A DNA stretch of 30,026 bases from Ginkgo biloba (taxonomy: Eukaryota > Plantae > Ginkgophyta), in NCBI GenBank assembly GCA_024626585.2, contig JANKJI020000002.1:174052464-174082489 (forward strand), in the 5' to 3' direction. The stretch's first letter is position 1. Each line of letters starts with the position of its first letter. Shown piece after piece: positions 10,761 through 23,152 of this stretch. Under the pieces are notes generated by a model. It was not told where the DNA came from, ran no database searches, and was given only the letters and a program-made list of their open reading frames with translations. A program made the position numbers and the translations under genes.

Positions 10761-10959
10761 AACACAAAGCTTGCCAAGCTTAAACAATAATTGGTCCTTC
10801 AAATAAAAATATTGAAATGGTTCCAAGTTGGAATGGGCAAGATGAGTAAGTTTTGAATAGACTTGATGGAAATTTGGATCATCTTGATACTAAGAAGACT
10901 AATCTTGGAAATCAAAGTGGGTGATATTAAAATTTTACAAAAGTAGAAAGGTAGGTAGT

Positions 10960-12080
10960 CGACTCAAAAAATATACAAATCAATTAGTCACTCCCTTTTT
11001 GTACTTAATGACCAAGTGGAATTCTCGTAGGTAAGAAGCCCGTGTGAAATATCATATTTCCTAAATTTCATTTTATGATTGAGGGAATTGTAATGATATA
11101 TGGTCAATATGGATAATGGTTTCTTTTCCCAAGATATAGTTATGCCAATACTTGATATCCTGGACTAAGGCATATAACTCTTTTCCATATGTGGAGTAAT
11201 TATGATTTGCTTGGCAAAAGGTCTTAGAATGGTATAGAATAGGGTGACTATTTTTCTTAAGTACAACTCTAAATTCATAATTAGAAGCATCGATTTCTAT
11301 CTCAAAGGGTTAAGATACATTAGGAAGACTTAAGACAAGTTCACAACATAACAATTACTTAAGGGTTGCAAAGGATTTATCTTGGCCATTAATCCAATGA
11401 AAGGGTACTTTGGCATTAGTCAAGTGATGTAATAGATATGTAATAGTGGAATATCCAGATATAAACTTCCTATAGAAATTTGCTACCTAAGGAAGCTTCA
11501 AAGTTTAGTGAGAGTCTTAGAAGTGGGCCAATTTAGTAATACTTAAACCTTATAAGGATCGACTCTTACTCCTTAGGAATCAATAATAAATCCAAGATAG
11601 GATACTTCAGTATTGACCAAAAGAACATTTTGGCAAGTTGTCTTGAAGTTGTTGTTCCCTAAGAAACTATAAATATTTTCTTATGTGTTCCATCCAAGAT
11701 TTTGTGAAGCTTAATATATCATCCAAATAGATTATAATTAAGTGGTCCAAGTAATATATGAATATCTCATTCATAATCCTCATAAAAGTGGAAGGAGTGT
11801 TAGTTATCCCAAAAGCTCCACTCATACAATCCCTACTTTATCTTGAAAGTTATTTTTCATGTATCTTCAACCTTGAGTCTAAATTGGTGGTATCCACTCT
11901 TCAAGTCAATTTTTGAGAAGTATTTATCTCCCTATAATTAATCACAAAGGTCGTCTATGAATGGAAAAGGGTATCTATTCTTGTTAGTGATTTTATTAAG
12001 TTCCTTAAAGTCAACACATAGGTGCCAAGTACCATCTTTCTTTTCAATAATAAGAATAGAAGAAGCACATGGAGAAACAC
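10960..12080 (-). pseudogene. G1 reverse transcriptase and RNase H (degenerate)
   Basis: SPCASSILIIEKKDGTWHLCVDFKELNKITNKNRYPFPFIDDL (11938-12080); IYLDDIL ~11713-11733; RNase H FEIEIDAS ~11283-11306 and NYSTYGKELYAL ~11167-11201. Confidence 0.92.
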
Positions 12081-12899
12081 NNNNNNNNNNNNNNNNNNNN
12101 NNNNNNNNNNNNNNNNNNNNNNNNNNNNNNNNNNNNNNNNNNNNNNNNNNNNNNNNNNNNNNNNNNNNNNNNNNNNNNNNNNNNNNNNNNNNNNNNNNNN
12201 NNNNNNNNNNNNNNNNNNNNNNNNNNNNNNNNNNNNNNNNNNNNNNNNNNNNNNNNNNNNNNNNNNNNNNNNNNNNNNNNNNNNNNNNNNNNNNNNNNNN
12301 NNNNNNNNNNNNNNNNNNNNNNNNNNNNNNNNNNNNNNNNNNNNNNNNNNNNNNNNNNNNNNNNNNNNNNNNNNNNNNNNNNNNNNNNNNNNNNNNNNNN
12401 NNNNNNNNNNNNNNNNNNNNNNNNNNNNNNNNNNNNNNNNNNNNNNNNNNNNNNNNNNNNNNNNNNNNNNNNNNNNNNNNNNNNNNNNNNNNNNNNNNNN
12501 NNNNNNNNNNNNNNNNNNNNNNNNNNNNNNNNNNNNNNNNNNNNNNNNNNNNNNNNNNNNNNNNNNNNNNNNNNNNNNNNNNNNNNNNNNNNNNNNNNNN
12601 NNNNNNNNNNNNNNNNNNNNNNNNNNNNNNNNNNNNNNNNNNNNNNNNNNNNNNNNNNNNNNNNNNNNNNNNNNNNNNNNNNNNNNNNNNNNNNNNNNNN
12701 NNNNNNNNNNNNNNNNNNNNNNNNNNNNNNNNNNNNNNNNNNNNNNNNNNNNNNNNNNNNNNNNNNNNNNNNNNNNNNNNNNNNNNNNNNNNNNNNNNNN
12801 NNNNNNNNNNNNNNNNNNNNNNNNNNNNNNTTATTAATTTGTTATTTGAGTTATTAATATGGACAGGCTTCACCATGTGTTATTTATTGTGGTACATCA

Positions 12900-13786
12900 A
12901 GGGTATTTTGTACATTAGGAGGATTGTCCTCTTTTATCAATAATGAATTTTTCCTTTGGAGTTTTGTACATTCTTATTTTTTATCACCCTTGGTTTTATA
13001 ATAAACAAAAAATTTTGAAGTATAAGAAGAACAAGAAGGAGAATATTTAGGAGAAGAAGAAGCAATAGTAGAAGAGGAAGAGGATATTTGATGCTAATGT
13101 AATCTTGATGGAGGCGATGTCATCCTTATCTTCTCTTCCTTACGTCTAAATAGAAGTATACTTGCCCTCTTATTTCCTTTATGATGCTTCTCTTCTGCTA
13201 ATTGTGCCCATTAAAATGCTTCTTCCAAAGTGTCCATCTTTTGAAACTTCAATTCTCAATATAAGAGAGGTATAAGTCCACTTTAAAATTTAATAATTAA
13301 GCCAATGTCTTGTTCCTTAATGTGTAACTTGATTCATAGAATATTGAACTCCAAGATGTAATATGATACTAACTTTGAGTATGAATTCCTAATTCTTAAC
13401 TATTTTATATTCAAACCATATGCATAAGTGGCCAAGTAGAAGGTTTCTAGAAGGGAATCTACCAATTCTTTCCATGTCCTAATAGAATTTTATTTTTCTT
13501 GCTTATAAATAATCAAATACTTAGCAACTTCTACTAATTTTAAAGTGGCAAACTTGACTTTATCATCATCTGAAAGTTCCACATAAGAGAACAAAGATTC
13601 CATATCCATGATCCAATTATCAAGATTATTTAGATCATGATTGCCATCATAGGGATGAGCTTCACATTTAATATTAGGAGAAGAAGATGATGATATAGGC
13701 ATAGTAAGCATCCTAGATTGTAATTCAAGCTTCATCTCAATAATACTTTGTATAGTTTCTTTAGTATTCCACCTCTTAGGTGCCAT
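12900..13786 (-). pseudogene. G1 gag (degenerate)
   Basis: ORF 13490-13786 MAPKR...PYDGNHDLNNLDNWIMDMESLFSYVELSDDDKVKFATLKL is a typical retrotransposon gag N-terminus; it continues through stops. Confidence 0.85.
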
Positions 13787-14124
13787 GATGATACTATAGA
13801 AGTGAAATAAAAAGAGAAAGAAGAGGGTATGTACAATAGATTATAAAAGGGAAAACTTTAAACTGAAATAACTATTACAAAAAGATAATTTTTCAAAAAC
13901 TAATTACACCAATGGATTCCTTGCAAAATTTATGTAGTTTTAAAAATAATTCATGGAAAAAGGATAAAATATGCAAAATTTATCATCACGTAAAATTTGT
14001 TATATTGAATTTTAATCAAAAAGTGACTTAGTAGAATATTCTCCCTAAGAACCTTAGTTTCTTAGCCCCCATTCACTCATGTGATAGTTTGCTTTATTGG
14101 AAAAAATTAAAAAAATAATTCAAA

Positions 14125-14195
14125 TAGTTAATAGATTTGAACTTATGACCTCACAACTATAATCCAACCACCTTACCACTACACTATAGGCTCTA
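14125..14195 (-). pseudogene. tRNA-like / SINE-head remnant in the G1 5' leader
   Basis: The - strand reads cctatagtgtagtggtaaggtggttggattatagttgtgaggtcataagttcaaatct, with A-box-like tagtgtagtgg and B-box-like agttcaaatc at tRNA spacing. No intact cloverleaf. Confidence 0.55.
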
Positions 14196-15127
14196 TTTAT
14201 GTTTTAAATGAAACATAAAAATATTTAAATATTATAGCAATAATTTTTCATAAAAATTAAAATAAAAGATCAAATATCATAGTGACTTCAAACTTCAAAC
14301 ATGTGTTAAATAGCAATCGATTTTTTTTTTTTTGGATTTCCTAATATTTGTTCACCACGTATGAAATTGCTTGCACATCAATCACAATTTTTCTTTCTAT
14401 CGCAACCTGACCATAAATCATTTATGGCCTACAACATAAAAGGCCATCATCTATGATCCCATCTACAACTAGTGGGCTACCCTAGAATGATTTCCTCTAC
14501 ACCATTGCCTATGAAGAATAAACAATGATCACCTTATGTCATGTCTAAGTTGAGACTGCATTGTAAGGCTTATAAAGAATAAAAAATAACCATCCAACAA
14601 ATAATGGATCTCTATAATGACCTCTCCACTTGCAACATAATCTCCCAAGGTCTGTAACTCAATAGAATAGCTTCTTAACATATATGGTCTAGTCTACACC
14701 TTCAATTTTTATAACAACAAAGAGCACTCCAAGAAAAAAAAAAATCATAGAGTAGAGGGGGAAAAAAAATTGCATTTAAAGAGCAATATCTATTCTCTTA
14801 TACAATGTCTCCTCCAATCTCTGGCATGTGTTACATTTCTTCTCCACTCAATTCTCAACTTAGGGATTCTCAATCAGAAGTTATTTCAAGCCTCTTCCTT
14901 TCCTCTTCTCAATCATACTAGGTAAAATAACTTGTTGTTGAAACTCCAACCAAATCACACTCACAAAATTTGGCTCACAATAAACCAAAAAGATAACTAG
15001 ATAGCATATACTCTAACTCTTCATAGAAGATAAGATACTCCTAAGTTAAGATCTAATGCTACTATAAATTCAACCATACTCTCAAGACTCCAATAAATTT
15101 TGGCTCCATGTCTTTCACAACCATAAC

Positions 15128-15138
15128 CTCTAATACCA
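15128..15138 (-). other. Primer-binding site (tRNA-iMet type) of G1
   Basis: tggtattagag on the - strand, 2 nt from the LTR; the canonical plant iMet PBS is TGGTATCAGAGC. Confidence 0.9.
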
Positions 15139-15140
15139 AC

Positions 15141-15509
15141 TGATATGGCCTCCTTGGGAATGAAGTGCCAAGAACAAATGTAAGACACAAATACAGAGTG
15201 CCAATATCATAAGAGAGAGTGAAAATAAAAGAATAGAGGATGTAAAGCATAAAACTAGAAACTTTAGTCTATTGAATCTTAAAAAATAGATACATATTTA
15301 TAAGAGGAAATGGAAGGTTCCTCATAAATTTTCCCAACCATATTCCAACTACTTACCTATTTTAATATTTAGAAAAATGATAAGTCCAACTTCTAACTAC
15401 TAACTACTCCTACCAAAAATAATAAATTGCCAACTTCTACTAAACTCTCAACAAAAATAGTATATAGACAAATTTAAAAATAAATGGAGGATATGGAATA
15501 TCCTCATAA
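15141..15509 (-). repeat. 5' LTR of G1
   Basis: tgatatggcctcc...tatcctcataa; adjacent to the PBS and followed by the TSD. Confidence 0.95.
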
Positions 15510-15514
15510 AAACC

Positions 15515-18500
15515 TTTTTATCAAAGAGGGTATCTTCTTGAAATAAATTTTGGAAGTCATAAATAAAATCTTATATATGAGTGATTTCTACATCCATCCC
15601 CAATGTTGGATCCTTGTACATCTTTACAATATTGATGATGATGATATCATGAATGCCAAGATGTGATGGAAACTTAAATTCAAAGGCATTAGGACTAATT
15701 TTTTTATGATGGTGTATGGTCCAAATTAGATTGGCTTAATATTATGATGTGTAGAAGACTTGAATCACTCCTTACTAAGATGAAGCCAAATCTTATCCCT
15801 AACTTTAAAAATATATGGTTCGATTCTTTTCTTATCCATCTTCTCCTTTTGTCGATATTGAGTTTTTTAAAGAAGCTTATGGACTTAACCATGTAATTAA
15901 TCATGGTGTTGCATAAAGGTTTGGGCCTTATCTTGCTCTTATTGTGCATGATGCATAGCATCATGTGAGAGACTTGGTAGCATTTCATAAGGAGCTAATG
16001 GTTGATAACCAAAATAAACCTTAAAAGGTGAATAATAAGGGGATGTGTGGATAGAGCTATTATATACATGCTCAATATACTTGATAATTAAATTCCACTT
16101 ATTTGGATGTGATTAATGATAAATCTACAAGGCATGGATGAGTATCACATTAATAACTTATAACTAATCATTAATTTATAAATGAAATACTATTAAAAAA
16201 TTAAGTTTAATACCCAAAAGTTTCCAAATAACTAACCAAAAATACCCAAGGAAACTTGACCCTATATTAAATAATATGGCATTTGGTAAGTCAAAGTTTC
16301 ACCACACATGAGAAAAATATAATTATGCCACTTCTTATCTATCAATTGATTTGGCATAAGAAAGGAACTTAGTCATTTTACGAAACCTATCAACTATCAC
16401 AAGTATGAAGTCATTGTGCTTGGAAAAAATAGGAAACTCACTTATAAAATTAATGGAAATAATTTCTTAAGGACTTGATAGAAGAGGAAGAGGACAATCC
16501 ATACTAAACATATAATCAGTAGGTTTGATGTAGAACATGACACACATTATCTGATAAATGAATCAATTCATTTTCTCATGTTTGGCCAAAAGAAGGAACA
16601 TTGAAGATGACCAAGGATTTTTTAAACCCCAAAATTTCCACCATAAAGTGGAACATGCCTCCTTAATGACATATTCTCAACTATTGTATTGAGAGACACA
16701 CAACTTGTATAAATTTAATAAAATTTAATATTTGAGATAAAATTATAAGTAAGGATCTTGATTCTACAAGGTTGGGTGTTGAACGAACCCAACAATAACA
16801 TTAAAATAACCATAACTTATATAGATTGGTTTCCATAAATGAAATCCTAAGTGATTATCCTCAAAGGTTTCCAAGGGTTCATTATGAGGAGGGTGACTTA
16901 TAAAATGTACAACTTTGTTGTTTGAACCTTTTTTATACTTGATGATCAAGTGGAGTTGTTGTAAGTATGAGGCCCTTTTCATATGGCATGAATCTTAGAT
17001 TTTAATTTAAGATTTAAGGAACTATAAGGTTCAATGGTTTGTGTGAACTATGGGTTCTTTTCCAAGAAAGTAGTATCTCTAATATTTTATGGCTTGTACA
17101 GGTTCATATAACTCTTTGTCATAAGTAGAATAGTTCTTTTGGGCTTGGGAGAATGTTTCTAAATGGGATTCAATTGGATTCCCATTTTATTTAAGGACAA
17201 TAGCTAAGGAATCATTTAAAGAATCAGTTTTAACTTTGAAAGGTTGGGTAAGGTCAAGGAGATCTAGGATGAGTGAGAACTAGGATAGATGAGAAAAAAG
17301 TGCATCATTAAGTGCTTGAAATACACTATGTTGTTTAAGGGAGAAATAAAATGGAACTTTACATTTGGTGAGATGATGGAGTGGAATTGCAATAGCTGAG
17401 TAGTTATAAATAAATTTGTGAAAGAAAATAATGAGGCCTAAGAAAATAAGAAATTCAATAAGGTTAGAAGGATTAGGCCAATTTTAGTAATTTTATATTA
17501 GTGTCATCCATATACACACCTATAGAATCAATAATAAATCCAACATAAGAGACACTTTCCCTACCAAAAGAGATTTTTTTCAAATGAGCTTAAAGTTGAT
17601 GTTGACAAAGAAGTTGTAATACTTGTTTAAGATGTTATAAATTCTTTAGCCATATCTTATTAAAAATTATAGATTCATTGAGATAAATAATAACATTTTT
17701 TTTTATTAAACGCCTAAGGATTTAATTCATCAACGTAAAAAATGTGGTATGTGTGTTGTTAAGTCTAAATGACATAATAATCCATTCAAAGGGTCCAAAT
17801 CTAGTCCTGAATGTCATATTCCATTTATCTTCCTCTTTTACCTACAATTGATGGTACCCACTCTTAAGATCAATATTTGAAAATAACTTAGCACCATGAA
17901 GTTGATTGATAATATCATCAATCCTAGGAAGTGGGTAGAAATTTTTAATTATGATTTTATTGATGGTTCAAAAACTAATGTATTTCCTCCATGATCCATA
18001 TTTCTTAAGGACTAAGATAATTTATTTGTCATGTGGTGAAGTGTTAGGTCAAATGTATGCATTCACAAGGAGTTCTTGTAGTTATCTTTTAACCTCATCG
18101 TTTTCACTTACTGAATTTTTATATAATGGCCCATTAAGAAGGGTAGAATTAGAACTAGAGTTATTTGATATTCTACAAATATTTGAGGAGGTATCCATTT
18201 TGCCTCCTCAAATATATCATAATAAGATATAAAAAAGAGGGGATATATCTTATGGGTAGGAATCTTCAACTACTTTCATGTCATGAGTTAAAGATTACTT
18301 TATAGGTGTAATCATGACTAAAGAATTTCTTTATACATAATTAGCAAGATTAGTATCTTTCTTGGTAGATAATAAATAATTACAATGAGTGTTGAGAGAA
18401 GGAATGACACCCTTATTTATAACTTTTACAAGTGTATAAGTATTTTCAAATAATGATAAAGTACTTTCCTATCATATTGATAAGGGTTTCCTACTAATAC

Positions 18501-18760
18501 TTTATAAAATATCCATGTTTGTTACATCACATATAATTTTGTTTATAAATTTATTACCAATATCAAAATTAAAAGTGAAAATTTTAGTGATTTGATGGGA
18601 AGTCCCAGATTCAACCCAACTAAGTGGGTAAGGATTTCGATGCATTGATATTATAAGTTCTAATTCATCAACTAACCTTTTTTAAATGAGGTTCTTTTGA
18701 TTTTCATTATAAAAAAATCATGTTAATAATTTCCTAGTTCAATAACTATGATTTTGTCAT
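15515..18760 (-). pseudogene. G2 pol (protease, RT, RNase H, integrase), heavily degenerate
   Basis: HRNPYPLSWVES (protease region ~18609-18644); [33 protein letters not shown] ~17850-17948; VIIYLNES (decayed YLDD) ~17671-17694; NYSTYDKELYE ~17103-17134; ORF 16764-16982 SYLQQLHLIIKYKKGSNNKV; integrase remnants 15600-16700. Confidence 0.88.
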
Positions 18761-18899
18761 GAACAAATTCTCGCGATCTAGATTATTCAAATTTGTCTCC
18801 AATAAGATAAGATTTGGTTGAGGCTCATTGGAACTCATAGTGATAATAGTATCATCTATTTGGTGTGTAACTAATGTATTAGGAGGGATGGGAGGGGGG

Positions 18900-19790
18900 T
18901 TCTTATTATTTTTATTGAGTGAGCATTCACTCAAATCATGACCTCTTTTTCAATGAATTTTGCATAATTTTATCATCAAAAGAAGAATCTCCTTTTTTAG
19001 AATTTAAATTGAAAGAAGGATTTTTAGAAGAGAAAGTAAGACTTTCAAAATTTTCTTCTTGTTTAGGATGAAATTAACCTTTATTTTTAAATGAAGGTCA
19101 TGGTCCTTGTATTTGTACTTCAACATATATAGCAAAATGAAAAGCATTGTATATCTTATTCATGGGAAAATACTTCATATTTTGAAAAATCATTGGGTGT
19201 AAACCATTCTGGAATTTGATGATGAGCTCTTCTTCTAGATATTTGGTATGAAGATTGATCCACAACTTGTGATTTTTTTCTATATATGATTAGACACCTT
19301 ATACATGCCCCTATCATAATTGAGCCAATTTCATTTTAATCTTTTCCTCATAGCCATGAGAATAGAATGAATCCTTAAGGGATTATTTAATATCGTCTAA
19401 TATATAAATGGGATTTTTATTTAGATCCCAATGAGTAATGATAATACTTGCAAGTATAATAATATTGAATTATGAAAGATCCACTTTGTCATCTTCTAAT
19501 GTACTAATATAATTAAAAACTAATTATTCATTTCTCTAATCTAAGGATCAAGTTTTTTAGGATTTCATGAGCCATTGAATGGCTTGACATTGATCTTCAC
19601 ATCTATGTTTAAATCAATAGAAGGTGTTTTAGGATTGGAAGTAGAAATTCTAAGAGAAATAAGAGTTGTAACCAACTATTGATTTTGAAGCACCATATTT
19701 TTTATGAACTATGTGAAGTTTTCCATATCTATTTTCCCTACATTTGATGCATAGAATTGTATATTATGTCTTTTCTTTGGTTCCATTGAG
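18900..19790 (-). pseudogene. G2 gag with zinc-knuckle remnant
   Basis: Starts MEPKKR (~19786); INVKPFNGS near 19568-19595; knuckle-like LCKIH*KRGHDLSEC ~18922-18967. Confidence 0.75.
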
Positions 19791-19897
19791 ATAGTTTACC
19801 TCTTAGTTAAAAATAATGATCTAGAATGGAAGAAAAATAATGAACACAAGAAAAGAGGAAGAAAAAAAATTAGAGTTTCATGTATCAAGAGCATTAT

Positions 19898-19909
19898 GCT
19901 TTAATACCA
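19898..19909 (-). other. Primer-binding site (tRNA-iMet type) of G2
   Basis: tggtattaaagc on the - strand, 2 nt from the LTR edge tgatatg at 19912. Confidence 0.8.
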
Positions 19910-19911
19910 CT

Positions 19912-20974
19912 TGATATGAAATCCTTATCATTATAGAAAAAATACTTTATATATATCTTTCCATGTATTTTAATTAATATGAAATGAATAAAACACTAAA
20001 ATAATGCAAGTTTTAACACTAGATAGTATGAAAAAAAATTGATATGCTACTAGTAAAATGATTATAACTTATTCATACAAATTCCATTTACATTAAAATT
20101 TATATATCCCTAAAGGCAATAGAAAAAATTATCTTTTTAAATAAGTTTGGTATTCAATGGAAATTTATTATATGATATATTATATCTATAATAAAAATAA
20201 ATGGGATCATCCTAAACCAACTAAAAATGCAAAAACTTGAAACTTATATGTTGTTAAGATTGCATATGAAAATAAAATGAATACAAGTTTTATTGGAGGT
20301 TTTGGATTGGAATTTAACCTTTGTAGTTACATCAAATGTGTTCTTTCATTTAATATATTCCAACACCCCAATTTGAAGTATGTTATTACCTTGAATTTAT
20401 TTGGGATTATTTTCACTTAGAAATTGAGTTAATACTTTTGTAAAGTGAATCTAAAAGAAATATAAATTGAAAATAAAATAATTATATTTATAAAAAAACT
20501 ATATAAATATTCCCAATCACTCTCAATGATTCAAAAAAATTATTAAGAAAGTAAGAGAAAACCTTATGTGTAAGAAATGGATCATCTTATTGCATTAAGG
20601 AAAGTGATTAAATAGACTCTAAAACCCCAACTACTCTTGGAGTTATCTCCATAATATAATCTAATCAAGGGTTGCCCATTAATTATGTAATAAAAAATTA
20701 GATTTATAACCATAATTAAATTTAATCAAAGATTACCACTAATGGTGCAATCACAAACTACAACTAACTCTGCAATCTAAGCTACTCAAAGATTGCCCCA
20801 CTAATTATGCAATCAAAAATTAGTTATAATATTATTACAAGTGGAATTATATTCAAATGTTATGTGTTGTGTTTATTTTTAATAATTCCATCACTTAAGG
20901 GTTTTAAATTTTTAATACATGAAAATCAAGTAAATGGAAGGGGTATCCACTTAATATAGGGGTAAATCTCATTG
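19912..20974 (-). repeat. 5' LTR of G2
   Basis: Begins tgatatg next to the PBS; homologous to the split LTR at 6860-8834. Confidence 0.8.
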
Positions 20975-22025
20975 TGATTTCTTATGTGCCATGTTTAAAA
21001 AATAATTTAGGGTAATTATAACAATACAAATAGAATTATTAATCCTTAATGAATAATAAATATTATTTAATTCATAATCAAGGGGTGTTATTTTTTTTGG
21101 CTAAAAATTAAAGATTAATAAAGAAAAAAATTGAATTAAAATTAAAACCTATATTAGACTCTAATACCCAAGTTATTCTCTAAAAAATATGCATTCAATA
21201 TGAAAGTTGATTAATGATTGGAAAAATATAGAAGTGATGATGATACATAAGTCAATGACCTAATATAGTAACCAAGAGGTAAGTTAGGCAAACTAGACCC
21301 CTAAAAAAATAAACTATAATATTATTTTAGGGGTTTGACCATAGAAAGGTGTCATGAGCTTGGGTTTTGAGGTAGGTTTTCCTACATAATTCAGATGAAA
21401 GGGAAAGTCAACATAATAACAAGAAAAAGTGTTATGAATATAATATTTACATGGAGTTTTTACAATATAAAAAATACAAAATATATGTCCTCAAAATTAT
21501 CTTATCTAAATTTAGCTAATAGCTCATTATCTATAGTGGTAGAGTTCTATTTAAAATTACTAAAATAACATTCAATGATAACTTGTCAAAAAAAGAAAAT
21601 GATAGAGGGTGTAGGTTCACTCATCCTATTTTATCTACTCCCCTGATGTGGTTAAAAGTTTATATTGGAATTCTAGATTTGAGTGATGATGGATGATGAT
21701 GAATCTCCATTCTCTATCTTATCTATATAAGGGCCATGAGTGGTCAACATTTATCCAACAATGATATTATTCAAGAGAGGTAATGACTAATATCAATTCA
21801 ATGCCATTCCTTAAAATTCAACTAGTAATTGGATTACTTCATCCTTATACTTGTGAATTCCTTAAAGAAAAAGGTAACGCATGCATCAACATAAGAATTT
21901 GTGATAAGACCAATTATCATTATATTGGAAGTGGTATAAGGTCAATATAAGGTAAGTAATATCGTTATTTATCTCTAATTATCTTTATGCATATTAGAAT
22001 GTCTCCTCTCTATACATTTGATTTA

Positions 22026-23152
22026 TGATCGATCTAAAACCTATTTACTGCAAAACGAAAACATATTAAAATATAAAAGAAACACCTTCATGGGAAATAA
22101 TTATATGTGAAAATATATAGTTTCAATTATAAGTTGTCCAATAGGGCATCTATGCAAAAACAAAATTGAAAATTCCTAATGAATATAAGAATGGGGGAAT
22201 TTAACCAACCCACCATTAGAGTTTCTAAAAATAGTCTTGAAGATCAAGTGTAATCAGTACAAGGGAAAATGTGAATTTAAATTTGCTATAAATGATATAG
22301 ATCATAATTCAAATTCTTATTCATGTAAAATCTAACCTATAAACATCCAAATCTACCTAAAAAATATTTTATTCCAATAGTTGAATATTTAAATTATATC
22401 CCACTATGTGGGAGAAAGAAAACAAATAAGAATAATAAGAAAGAAAGCTATTAGGGACAAAATCCAAACAAGAAAGGTAAGAAGAGCAATTAGATTAAAT
22501 TTTTTATTTTTTATTTTAGTACCTAATGGAAGTTACATAGTACAATTCATTAGGATGGAGGAATGGAGGAGAAAGTCACTTAGAAGTCCCTTTGTTTCCC
22601 CTTCCTCAACTATACTTTTCTTTTATATTGTTGATTTATTCTTTCTTTATAAATTTTAATAAAATAGATGAAAAAGAAAAAAATACTCTTCACTAGAATT
22701 TAACTTTTCCCTTTATGGTATATGTAGGTCCTTGGTCTCAACATCACCAATTCATCTTTGGTCATAACACCACTAGCTAAACTTCAATTGCAAGACCACG
22801 GTTGTTGTTTAGTCACAATAAAACCATTAGTCTTTGATCAAAGCAATACCATTCATATTCATTGGTAATATCTTTTAACATGTTGGTCACAAGTGTAAAT
22901 TAACACACTAGGTGCAAGGTAACTTTTGGCAATTTTCATAGGCCAAATTCTCCAGGCCATACGTTTTGTGTATGAGATCTATATTTTAAAAATGAGATTC
23001 CATGAATCTCTCAATGTATAGTTTCAATATGTAAAAATAATAATCCAAAAGTGCGCATAGTTTCATAAAATTTAATTGTAACTTAACCATCCCATTTTAT
23101 AAAGATTACACTCTACATTCACTCTTTTCAAGCCATAATCGACTATAGATTA
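22026..23152 (-). repeat. 3' LTR of G3
   Basis: Shares taaaatataaaagaaacaccttcat, ggggaatttaaccaaccc, ttatatcccactatgt and aatttaacttttcc with ~25900-27020. Confidence 0.85.

Larger units (their letters stand above)
8995..15509 (-). mobile_element. Full-length degenerate Ty3/gypsy element G1 with TSD AAACC
   Basis: LTRs 8995-9371 and 15141-15509; TSD aaacc at 8990-8994 and 15510-15514; PBS 15128-15138; PPT 9372-9381; gag, RT, RH and INT remnants in gypsy order. Confidence 0.95.
6860..20974 (-). mobile_element. Old degenerate Ty3/gypsy element G2, interrupted by G1 and by small insertions
   Basis: 5' LTR 19912-20974; PBS 19898-19909; gag-PR-RT-RH-INT remnants ~19790-15515; pol tail resumes left of 8990; PPT (ttgggaggaaa on -) 8835-8845; 3' LTR ends at 8834. 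The outer boundary of the left LTR is unresolved (homology fades near 6860). Confidence 0.85.

Noticed and set aside
11938-12943. Four long ORFs (262-328 aa) in the ORF track
   Set aside because: Artefacts of the 750-N gap. Only the RT fragment at 11938-12080 on the - strand is meaningful.
14125-14195. Functional tRNA gene
   Set aside because: Acceptor and anticodon stems do not pair; kept only as a tRNA-like remnant.
10085-18232. Short ORFs 10085-10294, 10150-10437, 15062-15250, 15704-15988, 17951-18232 (also 1078-1266, 3256-3447, 22408-22659)
   Set aside because: Antisense, off-frame or LTR-overlapping ORFs within decayed retroelements, with no independent protein signature.
21297-21334. 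10-bp inverted repeat acccctaaaa / ttttaggggt
   Set aside because: Short and isolated, with no TSD or associated element; compatible with chance.
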